Shown: positions 27,398 to 36,713 of the stretch, piece after piece
How positions within the stretch are numbered: position 1 is the stretch's first letter
Layout of the letters: each line of letters begins with the position of its first letter
DNA from: Vulcanimicrobiota bacterium
GTDB lineage: Bacteria > Vulcanimicrobiota > Xenobia > Xenobiales > JADMJV01
Direction: 5' to 3'
Assembly (NCBI GenBank): GCA_050250895.1
Contig: JBFWNU010000001.1
Coordinates: 2,436,891-2,500,890, forward strand
Length of the DNA stretch: 64,000 nt
Program-made: the position numbers and the translations under genes
Notes under the pieces: generated by a model
Databases searched by the model: none
What the model was told of the DNA's origin: nothing
Seen by the model: the letters and a program-made list of their open reading frames with translations, nothing else

Positions 27398-27777
27398 ATA
27401 TCAACGGATCTTACAGTCAGCGGAGGCGAGAGGGCGTCGTGCGCTCTTTGCCCACCGTGGCCATGGCGGCCGCCGACAGCTATGTCGGTGCGGCCATGGC
27501 CTTCGATTCGTTTGGCTATGGCGCGTCCGGCGCCCCGGGCGTGATGCAGTTCGCCAGCGGCGGACTGGCCGCCGTGCACGGAGTGCGAGCCGCTCGCAAG
27601 CTCTATGTTGCCTACAACGAGAGCGACAAACTCGAGCAACGCCGGGCCCAGACCCAGGCCATCGGGCATCTGGCCATCACCGCCGGCTTCATCTGCCTGG
27701 CCTCGGGAATGGGGGCCACCGCCCTCCCGCTGCTGGCTCTGGGTGAAGCCACCAACCTCTACGCCACCTTTTCTTAG
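27394..27777 (+). CDS. Small Gly/Ala-rich membrane protein (paralog 2)
   Basis: ADSYVGA..GLAAVHGVR...GHLAITAG. Confidence 0.7.
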   Translation: MNINGSYSQRRREGVVRSLPTVAMAAADSYVGAAMAFDSFGYGASGAPGVMQFASGGLAAVHGVRAARKLYVAYNESDKLEQRRAQTQAIGHLAITAGFICLASGMGATALPLLALGEATNLYATFS

Positions 27778-27789
27778 GAGTTCGCGACC

Positions 27790-28203
27790 ATGAAGATCAG
27801 TAATCCTTTCAAAAGCCACGCCCGCCCCGGTTCTTTCTCGGAAGCGGTCAAATCCCAGCAGATGAAGGTGGCCGGAAATCTGGCCGTGGCCGGGGCCGAT
27901 GCCTACGTCGGGGCCCTGGGCATTCTCAAGCCCGAGGCGGGTTATGCTCCCGTCATGGCCGGCTGGATGGCGGCCGGACACGCCGCCTACGGCATCTATC
28001 GAGCCTGGCCTTTCGGCACCGACCGCTCGGGCGACCCGATTCTGGTCGACAAAGCCCCCAAAGATTTGGCCGTCGGGGTGGGTCACCTCATCACCGCGGC
28101 GGGCCTGGCCGGTATGGCCGCGGGGGCCGGTCCGGTTGCCGTTCCGGTCATTGCCCTGGGCCAGTTGACGGCCCTGGGCGGAGAATACCTCACCAAAGAT
28201 TGA
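27790..28203 (+). CDS. Small Gly/Ala-rich membrane protein (paralog 3)
   Basis: ADAYVGA..HAAYGIYR...GHLITAAG; AGGAG RBS. Confidence 0.7.
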   Translation: MKISNPFKSHARPGSFSEAVKSQQMKVAGNLAVAGADAYVGALGILKPEAGYAPVMAGWMAAGHAAYGIYRAWPFGTDRSGDPILVDKAPKDLAVGVGHLITAAGLAGMAAGAGPVAVPVIALGQLTALGGEYLTKD

Positions 28204-28232
28204 ATTTCGTCCCCGGTGGGAATCAGGGTCAG

Positions 28233-29114
28233 GTGAGACATCTGGCCCTTTTTCTTCTCCTGTGCAGCGGTCTGGCCTGGGCCGAGCCCGGCAACCGCAC
28301 TCTGCTCACCACGGCGTGGGGAGAGGTCTTCTGCGACGGTAGCCTCGAGGTGACCTCGAAGACGCCCGGCCGCTTCACGGTGGTGACCCCTTCGGGACCG
28401 ATCAACGTGGTGGCCGATGGCTCGGAAGTGCTCATCCAGTATCCCGACCAGGCTTTGCGGGTTCGTCAGAGCGAGACCAACGAAGGTCACCAGGTGCTGG
28501 TGCAGTTTCAGAACAAGAATTATCGCATCATCCACCAGAACCGCCAGGTCAAATGGGCCTTCCCGGATGATGAAGCGTTCTTTCGCCTGCGGGCCGGCAA
28601 GGTCTATGACGTTTTGGGCAGTCAGGGCTTTCTGCGCATTCGCCGTCAGGGCGCTCCGGGCAACTACCGGGTCAGCAGCGACATCGGCGAGTCTCACTTC
28701 GAGGTGGCCCCAACCGGGGTCACCACCCACGAAGGCGAGCCGCCCGAGGCTCATCCCTATCTCACCCGCGGAGTCATCTTCAAGGAGGGTCCGGTGGGGC
28801 TGGCCGTCTATCTACCCCAGGGCAACCTGACCGGCGCCCTCAGTTGGACCGGGGCCCGTCGCTACGAGGTTCCCTTGCCCGAGCCCAAACAGCCTGCGGC
28901 CAAGCCCGAAGAGCCGGTGGACCCGCTCAAGGCCAACGACCCCGAGTGGGACAGTCCGGTGCTCAAGTCCACCCCGGTCAATGCCAGCGAAGATCCGATG
29001 AAGCTCAAGACCCAGCCCGTGCCCTATCCCACCCGCGAGGACCTACTCAAGGCCAAGACCAGCACCGAGCCCGACCTGCTCGAGGTCAAGGTCACCACCG
29101 ACGAAGACGAATAG
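28233..29114 (+). CDS. Exported beta-rich hypothetical protein
   Basis: Signal peptide ending AWA; C-terminal D-P/L-L/M-K repeats. Confidence 0.65.
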   Translation: MRHLALFLLLCSGLAWAEPGNRTLLTTAWGEVFCDGSLEVTSKTPGRFTVVTPSGPINVVADGSEVLIQYPDQALRVRQSETNEGHQVLVQFQNKNYRIIHQNRQVKWAFPDDEAFFRLRAGKVYDVLGSQGFLRIRRQGAPGNYRVSSDIGESHFEVAPTGVTTHEGEPPEAHPYLTRGVIFKEGPVGLAVYLPQGNLTGALSWTGARRYEVPLPEPKQPAAKPEEPVDPLKANDPEWDSPVLKSTPVNASEDPMKLKTQPVPYPTREDLLKAKTSTEPDLLEVKVTTDEDE

Positions 29115-29150
29115 GGGAGGGTTTGGCGGCCGCCTTTGGAAGTGTTGGCG

Positions 29151-31523
29151 ATGCCCAGCAGCCGTCGGTCCGGTGACTTTCGTTTCGGCACCAAGGCCGC
29201 GACCCTCGAGCGCCTGCGTCCTCTGGTCGACTTCATGCGGATTGCCCCGCTGGTGGCCTTCAGCCTGCAAGAGTGGAGGTCGGATTCGCAAGCCTGTCTG
29301 GGGCGGGTCGCCGGGTTGGGACCGGTCTCGCTGGTGGTGCGCAGTTCGGCCATCGGCGAAGATAGCCACGAGCAATCCATGGCGGGTGCCTATCTGTCGC
29401 TGCTCGATATCGACGGCGCCAGTCCGGATCGGGTAAGGGAGGCCATCGAGCAAGTCTTTGCGTCCTACCGAGGCAACCCCCTCGACCAGGTGCTGGTGCA
29501 GCCGATGGTCAGCCCGGTCTTGGTCAGCGGCGTGATCACCACCTTTTCGGTCGACGACGGAGCCCCCTATCTGGTCATCAACTACGATGACGATAGCGGG
29601 CGCACCGACCGCATCACCGGAGGCAAAGGGGCCCACAAGAGCGTGTGGGTCTATCGCAAAGCGGGTCGTAAAGCCTTCGAGTCCGAGCGGGTCGCTCGCT
29701 GGGTGCGCCTGTCGCTTCGCCTCGAGCGCCTCTGCGGCGACAAGCCGCTAGACATCGAGTTTGGCGAGACCCCCGACGGAGAATTCCATCTGTTTCAAGT
29801 GCGGCCGCTGGCCACCGCGGGCCGCTGGTCCAGCCCGGTGACCCTGGCCGCTTCTCGCTGCCAGCCCGAACTGGTGCAAGCGGTGCGGCGCCTCTCGCAG
29901 CGGCTGCCGGGCGTGCTGGGTCGGACCACCATCTGGGGCGCCATGGCCGACTGGAACCCGGCCGAGATGATCGGACCCTTGCCCCGGCCACTGGCCGCCT
30001 CGCTTTATCGCCACCTGATTACCGACTCGACCTGGAGACTGGCCCGCGCCCGCATGGGGTATCGCCACCCCGGCGGTCAGCCGCTGATGGTGTTGCTGGC
30101 CGGTCGGCCCTTCATCGACATCCGAGCCAGCTTCAATTCGTTTCTGCCCGCAACGCTCGGGGCCGGACCGGGTTTTCGCCTGGTCGAGGCCTGGCTGGAC
30201 AGGCTGGCCCATCATCCCGAGTTCCACGACAAAGTCGAGTTTGAAGTGGCCCTCACGTGCCGCGATTTCAAGTTCGCCCAGACCGTCGAAGAGCGCTATC
30301 CCGGGGTTTTGTCGCCCCAAGAACTGGGGCTTTGGGAACACGGCTTGACCGACCTCACTCGCCAGGCACTGGCGGCCGGGGGCACCCTGGAGCAAGCCCT
30401 GCGGCTGGTGCGGGCTCGGCGGCCGGCACTTCGACCGTCGTTAGGTCCCCTCCAGGCCGCCTGGTGTCTGTTCGAGCGCTGTCGGCGTAGCGGCACGTTG
30501 CCCTTCGCCATCGTGGCCCGCCACGCATTCATCGCCGAGGCCCTGTTGCGCTCGGCCGTGCAACGGGGCGCTCTCGAGCCCGAGCGCCTGTCGTTGTTCC
30601 GCCAGTCGGTCCCCACCGTGGCTCGCCAGTTCACCACTCAGCTGCGCGAGGTCAGCCTGGGCCAGAGGCCGGCGGAGGCTTTCTTCGCCGAATTTGGCCA
30701 TCTGCGCCCCGGCACCTACGAGATCATGTCGCGCCGCTACGACCAGAGCGAAGACCTTTTCCAGGGAGGCCTGGACACTCTGGCCCCGGCCCCTCATCAG
30801 GTTTTCGAGCTGCAACCCACCGAAGAGAAGAGCCTGGCCCTCTTGCTGGCCGAGGCCAGGCTCGACACCACTCCGGCCCGACTGCTGGACTACGCGGCCC
30901 AGGCCATCGCCGGTCGCGAAGAAGCCAAGTTTCTTTTCACCCGCGACCTGTCCGATGGGCTCGAGCAACTGGCCCGCTGGGGTCAAACCCGCCAGCTTAC
31001 GCGCGAGCAGGTTTCTTATCTCGAGGTGGCGGATATCCTGGATGAGCGCTTTGCTCCCCACCTGCAAGACCCGTCTGGCTATTGGAGCGAGCGCAGCCAG
31101 CTCGGCCTGGAGAAGATGCGGCTGCACCGCTGTGTGCACCTGTCTTATCTCCTGCGCAGCTGGCGCGATGTGCTGGTGGCTCCGGCCCATCGGGCCGTGC
31201 CCAACTTCATCACCGACCAGCGGGTCGAAGCCGAGGGGGTGGCGCTGGATGCGGCTACCTCGGGTACGGCCATCCCCGACCTGTTCGGACGACTGGCCCT
31301 GATCGAACAGGCCGATCCCGGCTTTGACTGGGTCTTCACTCGCGGCATCGCCGGGCTCGTCACCCAGTATGGCGGACCCAACTCGCACATGGCCGTTCGC
31401 TGCGCCGAGTTGAGCCTGCCGGCCGCCATCGGCTGTGGCGAGAATCTCTTCGGCCGCCTGCGCCGGGCCCGCAGGATCGAGTTGAATTGCCTCGAGCGGG
31501 TGGTTCGACCCGTGCTCGAATAG
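29151..31523 (+). CDS. PEP-utilising/ATP-grasp enzyme, L-glutamine kinase (Cj1418)-like
   Basis: FGTKA, VRSSA..ED..SMAG, DWNPAEMIG, HDKVEF, GHLRPGTY, ADPGFDW, GGPNSHMAVRCAE phospho-His domain. Confidence 0.8.
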   Translation: MPSSRRSGDFRFGTKAATLERLRPLVDFMRIAPLVAFSLQEWRSDSQACLGRVAGLGPVSLVVRSSAIGEDSHEQSMAGAYLSLLDIDGASPDRVREAIEQVFASYRGNPLDQVLVQPMVSPVLVSGVITTFSVDDGAPYLVINYDDDSGRTDRITGGKGAHKSVWVYRKAGRKAFESERVARWVRLSLRLERLCGDKPLDIEFGETPDGEFHLFQVRPLATAGRWSSPVTLAASRCQPELVQAVRRLSQRLPGVLGRTTIWGAMADWNPAEMIGPLPRPLAASLYRHLITDSTWRLARARMGYRHPGGQPLMVLLAGRPFIDIRASFNSFLPATLGAGPGFRLVEAWLDRLAHHPEFHDKVEFEVALTCRDFKFAQTVEERYPGVLSPQELGLWEHGLTDLTRQALAAGGTLEQALRLVRARRPALRPSLGPLQAAWCLFERCRRSGTLPFAIVARHAFIAEALLRSAVQRGALEPERLSLFRQSVPTVARQFTTQLREVSLGQRPAEAFFAEFGHLRPGTYEIMSRRYDQSEDLFQGGLDTLAPAPHQVFELQPTEEKSLALLLAEARLDTTPARLLDYAAQAIAGREEAKFLFTRDLSDGLEQLARWGQTRQLTREQVSYLEVADILDERFAPHLQDPSGYWSERSQLGLEKMRLHRCVHLSYLLRSWRDVLVAPAHRAVPNFITDQRVEAEGVALDAATSGTAIPDLFGRLALIEQADPGFDWVFTRGIAGLVTQYGGPNSHMAVRCAELSLPAAIGCGENLFGRLRRARRIELNCLERVVRPVLE

Positions 31524-31569
31524 CCAGGCCAGGAGAGATCGCCCTGACCTCGAACCCCACGAACTGCAC

Positions 31570-32262
31570 ATGGTCGACGTCTCCGTCTGCATGGCGGCAT
31601 ACAACGAAGAGGACAACATCCTGGAGGCCGTCGAGGAGATGGTGGCTACCATGGACTCGTTCTCGGGCAGCTACGAGATCGTCATCATCGACGACGGTAG
31701 CACCGACAACACTCCCGCCCTGGCCGACCAGCTGGCCCACCGTTTCGCCCACGTGCGCGTCATCCACCACCCCACCAACCTGGGTCTGGGCGGCTATTAC
31801 CGCACCGCTTTTGCCGAGTCGCGAGGGTGGGCCACGACCTTCTTTCCCACCGACGGGCAATTCCCCACCGACATCGTGCCCACGTTCTTCCAGCGGCTCC
31901 ACGAGCTGGACTTGCTCTGCAGCTATATCACCAAGGTCAACGAAGGCCCGATGCGCCAACTGGTGACCGTCTGTGAGCGGCTCATCTATCGATTGTTGTT
32001 TGGACCCCTGCCCCGCATGCAGGGCATCATGATGGTGCGCACCGAGGCCCTGCGGCAATTGACCTTTCGCTCCCAGGGGCGGGATTGGACCATTCTCTTC
32101 GAGTTGCTGGTGCTGGGCACGCGAGCCGGCTGGAGGATCGACTCGGTCCCCATCGACTATTATCCGCGCCGTTCGGGCCACTCCAAGGTGATGAACTTTC
32201 GCACCGCCCTGCTGAATTTGCTGGGCATCCTGCGACTCTGGTGGATCCTCTTGCGACCATGA
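31570..32262 (+). CDS. Glycosyltransferase family 2
   Basis: AYNEE, IIDDGSTD, NLGLG, TDGQF, R.SGHSK. Confidence 0.88.
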   Translation: MVDVSVCMAAYNEEDNILEAVEEMVATMDSFSGSYEIVIIDDGSTDNTPALADQLAHRFAHVRVIHHPTNLGLGGYYRTAFAESRGWATTFFPTDGQFPTDIVPTFFQRLHELDLLCSYITKVNEGPMRQLVTVCERLIYRLLFGPLPRMQGIMMVRTEALRQLTFRSQGRDWTILFELLVLGTRAGWRIDSVPIDYYPRRSGHSKVMNFRTALLNLLGILRLWWILLRP

Positions 32263-32277
32263 CGAGGATCCGCTGAC

Positions 32278-32787
32278 ATGGTCTTCTGGATCACCGGCCT
32301 GTCGGGCGCCGGCAAATCGACCCTGGCCCGAGCCTGGTGCGCCTTCCTGCGAGAGCATCACGACTGTCTGCCGGTCTTGCTCGACGGTGACGAGATCCGG
32401 GCGGTGGTGGCCGACCCGGCCGCCGGCCACGACCGCCCTGGCCGGCTGCGCAACGCTTTTCGCCTGGCCCGCCTGGCCCATCTGTTAGAGAGCCAGGGCC
32501 ACACGGTGGTGGTGGCCACCATGTCGCTTTTTCACGAGATCCACGACTGGAATCGCCGCGAACTCAAGGGCTATCTCGAAGTGCTCCTCCAGGTAAGCCC
32601 CGAAGTGCTGGCCCGCCGCCACCAGCAAAACCTCTATGACGGCAGCCACTCGAACGTGGTCGGGGTGGACCTTCCCGCCGAAGAGCCCAAAGAGCCGCAC
32701 CTGGTTCTCGACAATAACCCCGAGCGCGAAGACCTGGCCCCTTTGCTCGCTCAAATTCAAGCGGCCTGGCAGGTGATGACCCCATGA
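32278..32787 (+). CDS. Adenylylsulfate kinase-like nucleotide 3'-kinase (Cj1415-like)
   Basis: WITGLSGAGKST P-loop, LDGDEIR, VVGVD...EEP. Confidence 0.85.
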   Translation: MVFWITGLSGAGKSTLARAWCAFLREHHDCLPVLLDGDEIRAVVADPAAGHDRPGRLRNAFRLARLAHLLESQGHTVVVATMSLFHEIHDWNRRELKGYLEVLLQVSPEVLARRHQQNLYDGSHSNVVGVDLPAEEPKEPHLVLDNNPEREDLAPLLAQIQAAWQVMTP

Positions 32788-33884
32788 AGCCCATCTTTCT
32801 CAACGCCATGTCGCGCAACGGGCACTCGCTGCTCTACCAGTTGCTGGCCGACCACCCCCAGCTGTCCTTTCTGCCCGGGCGCATCCACTTTGCCTGCCGA
32901 GAGCCCCGGGGCTTTCCACTGACTGGGCCGGTGACCGATCTGGTCGAGCAGCTGCTGGCCCGTCACACGGTCGACATCGGCGAGCAGTACCAAGACTACC
33001 AGTCGATTCCTATTACCGACTTCGCTCGCTTTCCCCAGGCTGAATTCCGCCGACGGGCTCGAGCCTCGGGCGACCTCAAAGAGCAGTTCCACGCCTATCT
33101 GCGGGCTCTCTTCGAGGTCTTTGAGCAGACCCCGCGAGAGTATACCCTGATCCAGGATGACCACATGTACGCCCTGGGCCTCGAGATGGTGTTGCCTGTT
33201 TTTCCTGAAGCGCGCTTTCTGCAGCCCATTCGCTCGGGCTTTGACGTGGTGGCCTCGAAAAAGAACCTGATGCTGTTTCATCTGGGCCACCGGGGCGACT
33301 CCCGGTCGATGGAACTCACCGAGGATGCCCTCGAATCGGAATGGACCCGCTGGCTGTGGAGCCTGGTGGTAGCCAGCCTCTGCCTGGCCCAGAGCCCGGC
33401 CGATCGCTATGTGGTCTGCGGTTTCGAGGCCTTGCGCGGTTCGGCCCGCGAAACGGCCATGCGCGAGCTTTGCCAGCTGTGGGAACTGGATTGGCACCCG
33501 GTGCTGCTGGAAGAGACCAGTTCGGCCTGCGCCCCCGAACACGGCTTTTCGACCCTGATGCTGGTGGTGCCCACCCTGAAGTTGTTAGGCTCGGCCAGGC
33601 CAACCTCGCCGGTGAAGTCCTACCAGCGCAGCCTGACCGAGACCGAACAAGATACCCTGGCCCGTCTGGCGGAGCCCTTTCAGCTGCCCGACCTGGGCGA
33701 CACTCCGCTGCAGGCGCGCCAGGCGCTGCTCGACTTCTGGTCGGCAAACCAGGTGGCCCTGCGGGCCCATCCCCGCCTGGGCCAGTGGTTGCTGTGGTAT
33801 GAGCAGGGCCAGCCGGTCCGGGCCTTTGATGACTACAGCGCCTGGAACTATGGGCGCGCCCAGGCGACCAGGGCCTTTCGATGA
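32784..33884 (+). CDS. Sulfotransferase-fold protein
   Basis: PIFLNAMSRNGHSLLYQLLADHPQL (5'-PSB-like) and IRSGFDVVAS (3'-PB-like). Confidence 0.7.
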   Translation: MKPIFLNAMSRNGHSLLYQLLADHPQLSFLPGRIHFACREPRGFPLTGPVTDLVEQLLARHTVDIGEQYQDYQSIPITDFARFPQAEFRRRARASGDLKEQFHAYLRALFEVFEQTPREYTLIQDDHMYALGLEMVLPVFPEARFLQPIRSGFDVVASKKNLMLFHLGHRGDSRSMELTEDALESEWTRWLWSLVVASLCLAQSPADRYVVCGFEALRGSARETAMRELCQLWELDWHPVLLEETSSACAPEHGFSTLMLVVPTLKLLGSARPTSPVKSYQRSLTETEQDTLARLAEPFQLPDLGDTPLQARQALLDFWSANQVALRAHPRLGQWLLWYEQGQPVRAFDDYSAWNYGRAQATRAFR

Positions 33885-34573
33885 GCTGGGGCACTCTCGA
33901 CCAGATCGATCCGGCCCGGCCCGAGAGCTGGCAGGGAGTCGACTTCCTCACTCTCGATCTCGACTGGGCCAGCGACGAGGTCCTCGAGCTGACTTGCTCG
34001 CTGTTGCAACAAGCCGGTGTGCCGGCCACCCTGTTCGTCACCCACGCCACGCCGGTGCTCGAGCGCATGCGAGCCCAGGGCTGGCAGCTGGGCATCCACC
34101 CCAACTTCGACCGCTGGCTGTTTCATCAGGACTCCGGCAACGGGCGCGGCGCGGCCGAGATTCTCGATCGGTTGGTTGGCCTGGTGCCCGAAGCTCGCAG
34201 CTGGCGTAGCCACTGCCTGACCCAATCGACCACCCTCCAGCGCGAGCTGGCCGGACGCGGCTTTTCTCACTCCTCCAACACTTTTCTCGAGTGGGGCCTC
34301 GGAATGCAAAACCGACCCTTTCGCTTTCCCGACTGTCTGATCGAAGTGCCCATTGCCTGGGAGGACGACTTCTGGCTGGCCGCCCCCGAGCGTCTGGGCG
34401 ATGCCTCGCGATTGCGCGCCTGGGACGGCCTGCGGGTGTGGAACTTCCACCCCGTCCACATCTATCTCAACACCCGCGACTGGGACCACTATCTCGCCTT
34501 TAAAGAGGGTCGCACCCACCAGCCCCAAACGGGCCGGGGGGCGCGCTGGCAATTCGAGCACCTGCTCGGCTAG
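33881..34573 (+). CDS. Polysaccharide deacetylase, WbmS-like
   Basis: TLDLDWA, ATLFVT, GIHPNF, RSH, WEDD, FHPVH. Confidence 0.8.
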   Translation: MSWGTLDQIDPARPESWQGVDFLTLDLDWASDEVLELTCSLLQQAGVPATLFVTHATPVLERMRAQGWQLGIHPNFDRWLFHQDSGNGRGAAEILDRLVGLVPEARSWRSHCLTQSTTLQRELAGRGFSHSSNTFLEWGLGMQNRPFRFPDCLIEVPIAWEDDFWLAAPERLGDASRLRAWDGLRVWNFHPVHIYLNTRDWDHYLAFKEGRTHQPQTGRGARWQFEHLLG

Positions 34574-34602
34574 AGCCGCTCCCTGTCGCCCGCAGGGCGA
34601 AG

Positions 34603-36519
34603 TCAGTCTTCGAGGGTCGAGGTGTCGCCGATGGGTTGGCCCAGTTCCTTGGCTTTGAGCAGGCGCCGCATGATTTTGCCGCTGCGGGTCTTGGGTAGCT
34701 TGTCGACGACTTCCACCGATTCGGGACGGGCAATCTTCGACAGATGCTGGCCTACGTGCTCGCGCAACTCGTCGTCAAAGTGATCGCCCGGGGTGAAGCC
34801 CTGGGTGCAGACCACGAAAGCCTTGATGGCGCTGCCCTTGAGTTCGTGAGGAATGCCGATGACGGCCGCTTCGACCACGTTGGGGTGGGTCACCAGCGAG
34901 CTTTCGATCTCCGCCGTGCCCAAGCGATAGCCGCTGACCTTGATGACGTCGTCCATCCGACCCACGATCCAGATATAGCCATCTTCGTCCTTGCGAGCCG
35001 AGTCGCCGGTGGTGTACATGCCGTCGATCTTGCTCCAGTAGACCTCTTTATAGAGATCGGGGTTCTTGTAGAGGGTGCGCAGCATCGACGGCCAGGGCTT
35101 TTTCACCACCAGATAGCCGTCTTCGCCGGCCGCCACCGGCTTGCCATCCTCGTTCACCACGTCGGCCTCGATGCCGGGCAGAGGGCGGGTGGCCGTGCCC
35201 GGTTTGAGCGGCACACAGGGCAGAGGAGCGATCATGAAGGCACCCGTCTCGGTCTGCCACCAGGTGTCCATGATGGGGCACTTCTCTTTGCCGATGACCC
35301 GGTGGAACCAGCGCCAGGCCTCGGGGTTGATCGGTTCGCCGACGCTGCCCAATAGGCGCAAGGAGGACAGGTCGTGGCGTTCGGCCCAGGCTTCCCCGTA
35401 GCGCATCAGGCCGCGCACGGCGGTGGGAGTGGTGTAGAGAATGTTGATGCCGTACTTGGCTACCATGCTCCACCAGCGGTCAGGATAGGGATAGCCCGGG
35501 GAGCCTTCGTAGATGAAGGAGGTCGCTCCCAGTAACAGCGGTCCGTAGACGATGTAACTGTGGCCGGTAACCCAGCCGGCGTCGGCGGTACACCAGTAGC
35601 GGTCATCGTCTTGCACGTCGAAGACGTTCTTGAGAGTGGTGGCCACGCCCACCATGTAGCCGCCATGAACGTGGAGGATGCCTTTGGGCTTGCCGGTCGT
35701 GCCCGAGGTGTAGAGGATGAAGAGGGGATGCTCCGAGTCGAGTTCTTCGGGAGGACAGGGCCGCTGGGCTACGGGCAGGCCGGAAAGCTCGTGATACCAA
35801 TAGTCACGGCCCGGCTCCATGGTGACGCTAAAGCCGGGCACGCTGTCGCCCACCCGCTTGCAAACCAACACCGACTGGACGGTGGGGCAGTCGCGCACGG
35901 CCTGGTCCACGATGTCTTTGAGTTCGATGACTTTGTTGTTCATGAAGCCGCCATCGGCGGTGATCACCACTCGACTCTCGGCGTCGTCGATGCGCGAAGC
36001 CAGGGCTTCGACCGAGAATCCACCGAAAATGACGCTGTGGGGGGCGCCGATGCGAGCGCAGGCCAGAATGGCCATCACCTGCTCGGGAATGCGCGGCATG
36101 TAGATGGTGACGCGATCACCCTTTTTGACCCCCAGGCTTTTGAGCACGTTGGCGAAGCGGCACACCTCGCGATGGAGGGCAAAGTACGAGAAACTGCGGG
36201 TCTCGCCCTGTTCGCTCTCCCACAGTAGAGCCAGCTTGTTGCGGCGATAGGTCTTGAGGTGACGGTCCAGGCAGTTGTGGGTGATGTTGCATTTGGCTCC
36301 CACGAACCACTTGGCGAAGGGGGCGTTCCACTCCAGCACCTGGTCCCACTTGGCGAACCATTCTAGCTCTTCGGCCTCGCCGGCCCAGTAGGCTTCGGGA
36401 TCGGCGATCGAGCGTTGATACAGCTCGTCGTAGTCTTTCACGCGGGCCCGGTCGATGACGTCCTGGGGAGGATTGTAGACGGTTTGATCTCCGGTGGGCA
36501 GACTGGTGGCGGTGGACAT
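34603..36519 (-). CDS. acs: Acetyl-CoA synthetase
   Basis: YTSGTTGKPKG, DTWWQTETG, PKTRSGKIMRR, GDTSTLED. Confidence 0.95.
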   Translation of the reverse strand: MSTATSLPTGDQTVYNPPQDVIDRARVKDYDELYQRSIADPEAYWAGEAEELEWFAKWDQVLEWNAPFAKWFVGAKCNITHNCLDRHLKTYRRNKLALLWESEQGETRSFSYFALHREVCRFANVLKSLGVKKGDRVTIYMPRIPEQVMAILACARIGAPHSVIFGGFSVEALASRIDDAESRVVITADGGFMNNKVIELKDIVDQAVRDCPTVQSVLVCKRVGDSVPGFSVTMEPGRDYWYHELSGLPVAQRPCPPEELDSEHPLFILYTSGTTGKPKGILHVHGGYMVGVATTLKNVFDVQDDDRYWCTADAGWVTGHSYIVYGPLLLGATSFIYEGSPGYPYPDRWWSMVAKYGINILYTTPTAVRGLMRYGEAWAERHDLSSLRLLGSVGEPINPEAWRWFHRVIGKEKCPIMDTWWQTETGAFMIAPLPCVPLKPGTATRPLPGIEADVVNEDGKPVAAGEDGYLVVKKPWPSMLRTLYKNPDLYKEVYWSKIDGMYTTGDSARKDEDGYIWIVGRMDDVIKVSGYRLGTAEIESSLVTHPNVVEAAVIGIPHELKGSAIKAFVVCTQGFTPGDHFDDELREHVGQHLSKIARPESVEVVDKLPKTRSGKIMRRLLKAKELGQPIGDTSTLED

Positions 36520-36713
36520 GGGGATACCTCCTGGTTGGGTTGGCCCCTACTTCTCGGCCCCCCTCGACGGCCCTTCCCCTCGACTGGACACCCGTTGGAA
36601 ACCTCGTTCGGAAATTTGTAACAAAGGTGTGCTAACCTATGTGAAGCCTCCGCCTGCTACGCGGGGGTTCGCCCTTTCGACCATCTCGACCAACCCCCAA
36701 CCACCGATGCGGT

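Noticed and set aside
29151-31523. Calling ppsA or ppdK
   Set aside because: Lacks the C-terminal pyruvate-binding barrel; the phospho-His domain is C-terminal as in Cj1418
32278-32787. Assigning cysC for sulfate assimilation
   Set aside because: No cysDN/cysH context; proximity to a Cj1418-like gene makes a Cj1415-like role at least as likely
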